NCBI GenBank assembly: GCA_043718025.1
Contig: JAYSWN010000178.1
Location: 1-20,300, forward strand
Length of the DNA: 20,300 bases
Source: Pseudomonadota bacterium
Lineage (GTDB): Bacteria; Bdellovibrionota; FAC87; UBA2466
Direction: 5' to 3'
The translations under genes and the position numbers were made by a program. Positions 17,851 through 20,300 of this stretch are shown piece after piece (the first letter of the stretch is position 1; every line of letters begins with the position of its first letter). The notes under the pieces were generated by a model, which had not been told where the DNA came from, did not search any database, and saw nothing but the letters and a program-made list of their open reading frames with translations.

Positions 17851-17987
17851 TTAATTCCGTTGCCATATAACACAGCCGCGTTACCAGGCTCAACCTATTT
17901 GCCTGGTTTCTACCGGCCTATAGGTTAAAAATGCTAATATTTATAATGATCTACTAGCCTAAGCCACGAATAATTCAACCTCCTGGT

Positions 17988-18016
17988 TTGACGGCCCTAC
18001 CCCCCTTGAGTACCGT
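17988..18016 (+). promoter_or_regulatory. Putative sigma70 promoter, near-leaderless M20 hydrolase mRNA
   Basis: TTGACG-N17-TACCGT, then 8 nt to the ATG at 18025. No SD sequence. Confidence 0.5.
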
Positions 18017-18024
18017 AAAATGTC

Positions 18025-19338
18025 ATGCGCCAACTTACCTCTCATAAAGGTGGCTGGGTGCCGCCCTCGGAATGGCTCGAAAAGATAGTTCGACTCAATA
18101 CGGTTACAGACCGCTCTAACCTTTCGGTCGTCACTTTTTTGCGACCACTTCTTGAACAGGCCGGGCTCACCGTACGCCTGCACGAAGTGAAAGAACGGGG
18201 AATCCGTTTTTTTAATATCGTGGCCCACAACAACTCGTTGGCGAACCGTAATCTTTTGGCGCTGCACACTCATTTAGACACCGTTGAGCCCGGCCCACTA
18301 GATTTATGGACTAAGTGTGGCGGCAACCCGTTCGCCCTAACGCAAAGTGGACGACGCCTTTATGGCTTGGGCGCAGCCGACGTAAAAATCGATTTTTTAT
18401 GTAAGCTCTGGGCCATAAAGCAGGCTGGAGAAAATCTCCCTCCCCTAGCCTTGGTAGGAAGTTACGGAGAAGAGCGCGGCCTGGTGGGGGCCAGAAGACT
18501 CTTAGAAACTCGCTGGTACCGCCCCCGCTACGCGATGGTGGGAGAACCCTCGCTGCTCGAGATTATTTTTGCGCACAAGGGTCATTTGGTGGTCCGCGTT
18601 TCGCTAAAGCGAAAATCAACCCTGGCGAAAAACAAGACCAACTACTTGGGTAAAGCCGCGCATAGTTCAACGCCGCACTTAGGCGACAACGCGATCGAAA
18701 AAGCATTGCTTTCGCTGTTTAACAAAGACGCCGCGATTGTAACCCTCGATGGCGGTGTAGGGTCGAATACCATTCCCAGCCGCTGCACGGCCGAATGGAA
18801 CGAAGGGCCAAGCGTTGCAAGCGTCAGTCTGCAACATTTTATGGTGGGCATCGCCGAACTGCGGCGCGACCTAGCCAAACAAAAAGATTCGCGCTTTGCT
18901 CCCTCCACGCCCACCGTGAGCGTGAATTGGGTGCGCTCCTTGCCCAACGAAATTCAGTTTGTGTTTGATGTCCGGCTATTGCCGGCGACTAATGTAGAAA
19001 AAGTTAAAAAGAAGATCACTTCAATTCTCAAGAACAGCGCGATGAAACTGCTGTCGCTTGATCACGATCCGGGCTTGGATGGAAGCAAAGAGGATGCTCT
19101 CGTTCGTCGAGCAAGCCAGGCATTGTCCGCCATTGGAGTGAAACCAGTAATCCAGACCAAAGCGTCGTGCACCGAAGCGGCCCTTTACTTTGAAAAAGGG
19201 GCGCAGGCCTTTGTGTTTGGACCGGGAAGAAGCATCGGCAACGTTCACAAACCAAATGAGTTTAATGAACTGCCACAGATACAAAAGGCCACCCGGTTTT
19301 ATACTGAAATGATCCAATCCTTCGCGAGAAAGGCGTGA
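18025..19338 (+). CDS. M20/M25/M40 family metallo-amidohydrolase (ArgE/DapE-like deacylase)
   Basis: HTHLDTV, YGLGAADVK, GEE, VGEPS, GKAAHSSTPHLG, VHKPNE metal and catalytic motifs. Confidence 0.9.
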   Translation: MRQLTSHKGGWVPPSEWLEKIVRLNTVTDRSNLSVVTFLRPLLEQAGLTVRLHEVKERGIRFFNIVAHNNSLANRNLLALHTHLDTVEPGPLDLWTKCGGNPFALTQSGRRLYGLGAADVKIDFLCKLWAIKQAGENLPPLALVGSYGEERGLVGARRLLETRWYRPRYAMVGEPSLLEIIFAHKGHLVVRVSLKRKSTLAKNKTNYLGKAAHSSTPHLGDNAIEKALLSLFNKDAAIVTLDGGVGSNTIPSRCTAEWNEGPSVASVSLQHFMVGIAELRRDLAKQKDSRFAPSTPTVSVNWVRSLPNEIQFVFDVRLLPATNVEKVKKKITSILKNSAMKLLSLDHDPGLDGSKEDALVRRASQALSAIGVKPVIQTKASCTEAALYFEKGAQAFVFGPGRSIGNVHKPNEFNELPQIQKATRFYTEMIQSFARKA

Positions 19339-19339
19339 C

Positions 19340-20300
19340 ATGGATAGTCCATTTATTATTCGAAGTTGCCGTGAAGACGATTTAGAGGGGCTACATCGTT
19401 TGGCGCAGCTGGTATATTTTATCAACCTGCCGGCCGATCGTGAAATCATCACCGAAAAGATCCGCCTATCGTTGGCCTCTTTTAGTGGTGAGCTCGAAGA
19501 CAAATTTGAACGTGAATACATTCTGGTTATGGAGAATCTCGACGACAATTCCATCGTCGGAACCTCGATGATTATCGCCCGGCACGGCAGCGCCAAAGTG
19601 CCGCACATGTATTTCGAACTCAAAGAGTTGCAAAAATACAGCGAAACCATTCATTCTGGATTCATTCACAAGGTGTTAAGGCTGCGCTTTGACTACGACG
19701 GGCCCACGGAGATTGGCGGCCTCGTGGTCAACCCCAGCTTTCGCAATCACAAAGCAAAACTCGGGCGGCAGCTATCTTACGCCCGTTTTCAGTACATCAA
19801 GATGCGACGCCGTTGGTTTAAGAACCATATTTTGTCGGAGCTGATGCCGCCGCTCACTGAACAAGGCGAAAGTATTTTATGGGAGGCAGTGGGCCGCAAG
19901 TTCACCAACCTCTCTTACCAGGAAGCCGACGTGCTTTCGCGCAAGAACAAAGAGTTTGTGACCTCACTCTTTCCCAAGGGCGACATCTTTACGTGTCTAC
20001 TCGATGGCGAGGTGCGCGACTCAATTGGGCGAGTTGGTGCCGGCGCCGAACCGGTTAAGCATATGCTGGAGCGCATTGGCTTTACGTGGCGCGAACACAT
20101 TGACCCGTTTGACGGTGGTCCACATTATATGGCCGAAACGGATAAGGTGACGTTGGTCAAAGACAGCCAAAAAATGAAGGTGGCGCGCGAGAGTTTGAAA
20201 CGAAAAGTAAAAGAGATGGCGCTGGTGGCCCCCATAGCGACCAATGAGTTTAAGTGCGTGCAGACTTCTTACGAAGTGAACCGCCATAAGGTTTCGCTAC
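19340..20300 (+). CDS. astA: Arginine N-succinyltransferase (partial, runs off the window)
   Basis: My translation from ATG 19340: MDSPFIIRSCREDDLEGLHRLA...INLPAD...GPTEIGGL...LWEAVGRKFTNLSYQEAD...IDPFDGGPH. No stop before the window end, so it is absent from the ORF track. Confidence 0.93.
   Translation, partial: MDSPFIIRSCREDDLEGLHRLAQLVYFINLPADREIITEKIRLSLASFSGELEDKFEREYILVMENLDDNSIVGTSMIIARHGSAKVPHMYFELKELQKYSETIHSGFIHKVLRLRFDYDGPTEIGGLVVNPSFRNHKAKLGRQLSYARFQYIKMRRRWFKNHILSELMPPLTEQGESILWEAVGRKFTNLSYQEADVLSRKNKEFVTSLFPKGDIFTCLLDGEVRDSIGRVGAGAEPVKHMLERIGFTWREHIDPFDGGPHYMAETDKVTLVKDSQKMKVARESLKRKVKEMALVAPIATNEFKCVQTSYEVNRHKVSL

Noticed and set aside
19021..19650. 209-aa minus-strand ORF
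   Set aside because: Antisense to the M20 hydrolase and astA genes.
1..20300. CRISPR arrays, tRNA/rRNA, transposases, phage or defence genes; remaining short overlapping ORFs
   Set aside because: No regularly spaced repeats or diagnostic motifs were seen by eye. The short ORFs overlap well-supported genes in other frames.

Overview
Bacterial chromosomal window. Gene order (rnc-era-der, M20 hydrolase-astA) and many signal-peptide proteins suggest a Bdellovibrionota/deltaproteobacteria-like organism (inference). Left part (1-6000) is an exported-protein island: a 905-aa beta-propeller surface lipoprotein behind a sigma28-like promoter, a signal-peptide-bearing ferritin-like diiron protein, and an exported PldB-like lysophospholipase. 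Next come a folate cluster (folP, a Cys-less PTPS-III-type gene in the folB position, folK), a small conserved-looking ORF, a class V aminotransferase-serA-purA operon and an exported hypothetical protein. The right part holds rnc-era-der-GT9 with a structured rnc leader, and an M20 hydrolase followed by astA, which is truncated by the window end and missing from the ORF track. No CRISPR, tRNA, rRNA or transposase was seen. The most notable items are the exported diiron enzyme with its phospholipase neighbour, the FolB-bypass PTPS variant, the rncO-like leader, a Der GTPase with altered G-motifs, and two probably leaderless genes.
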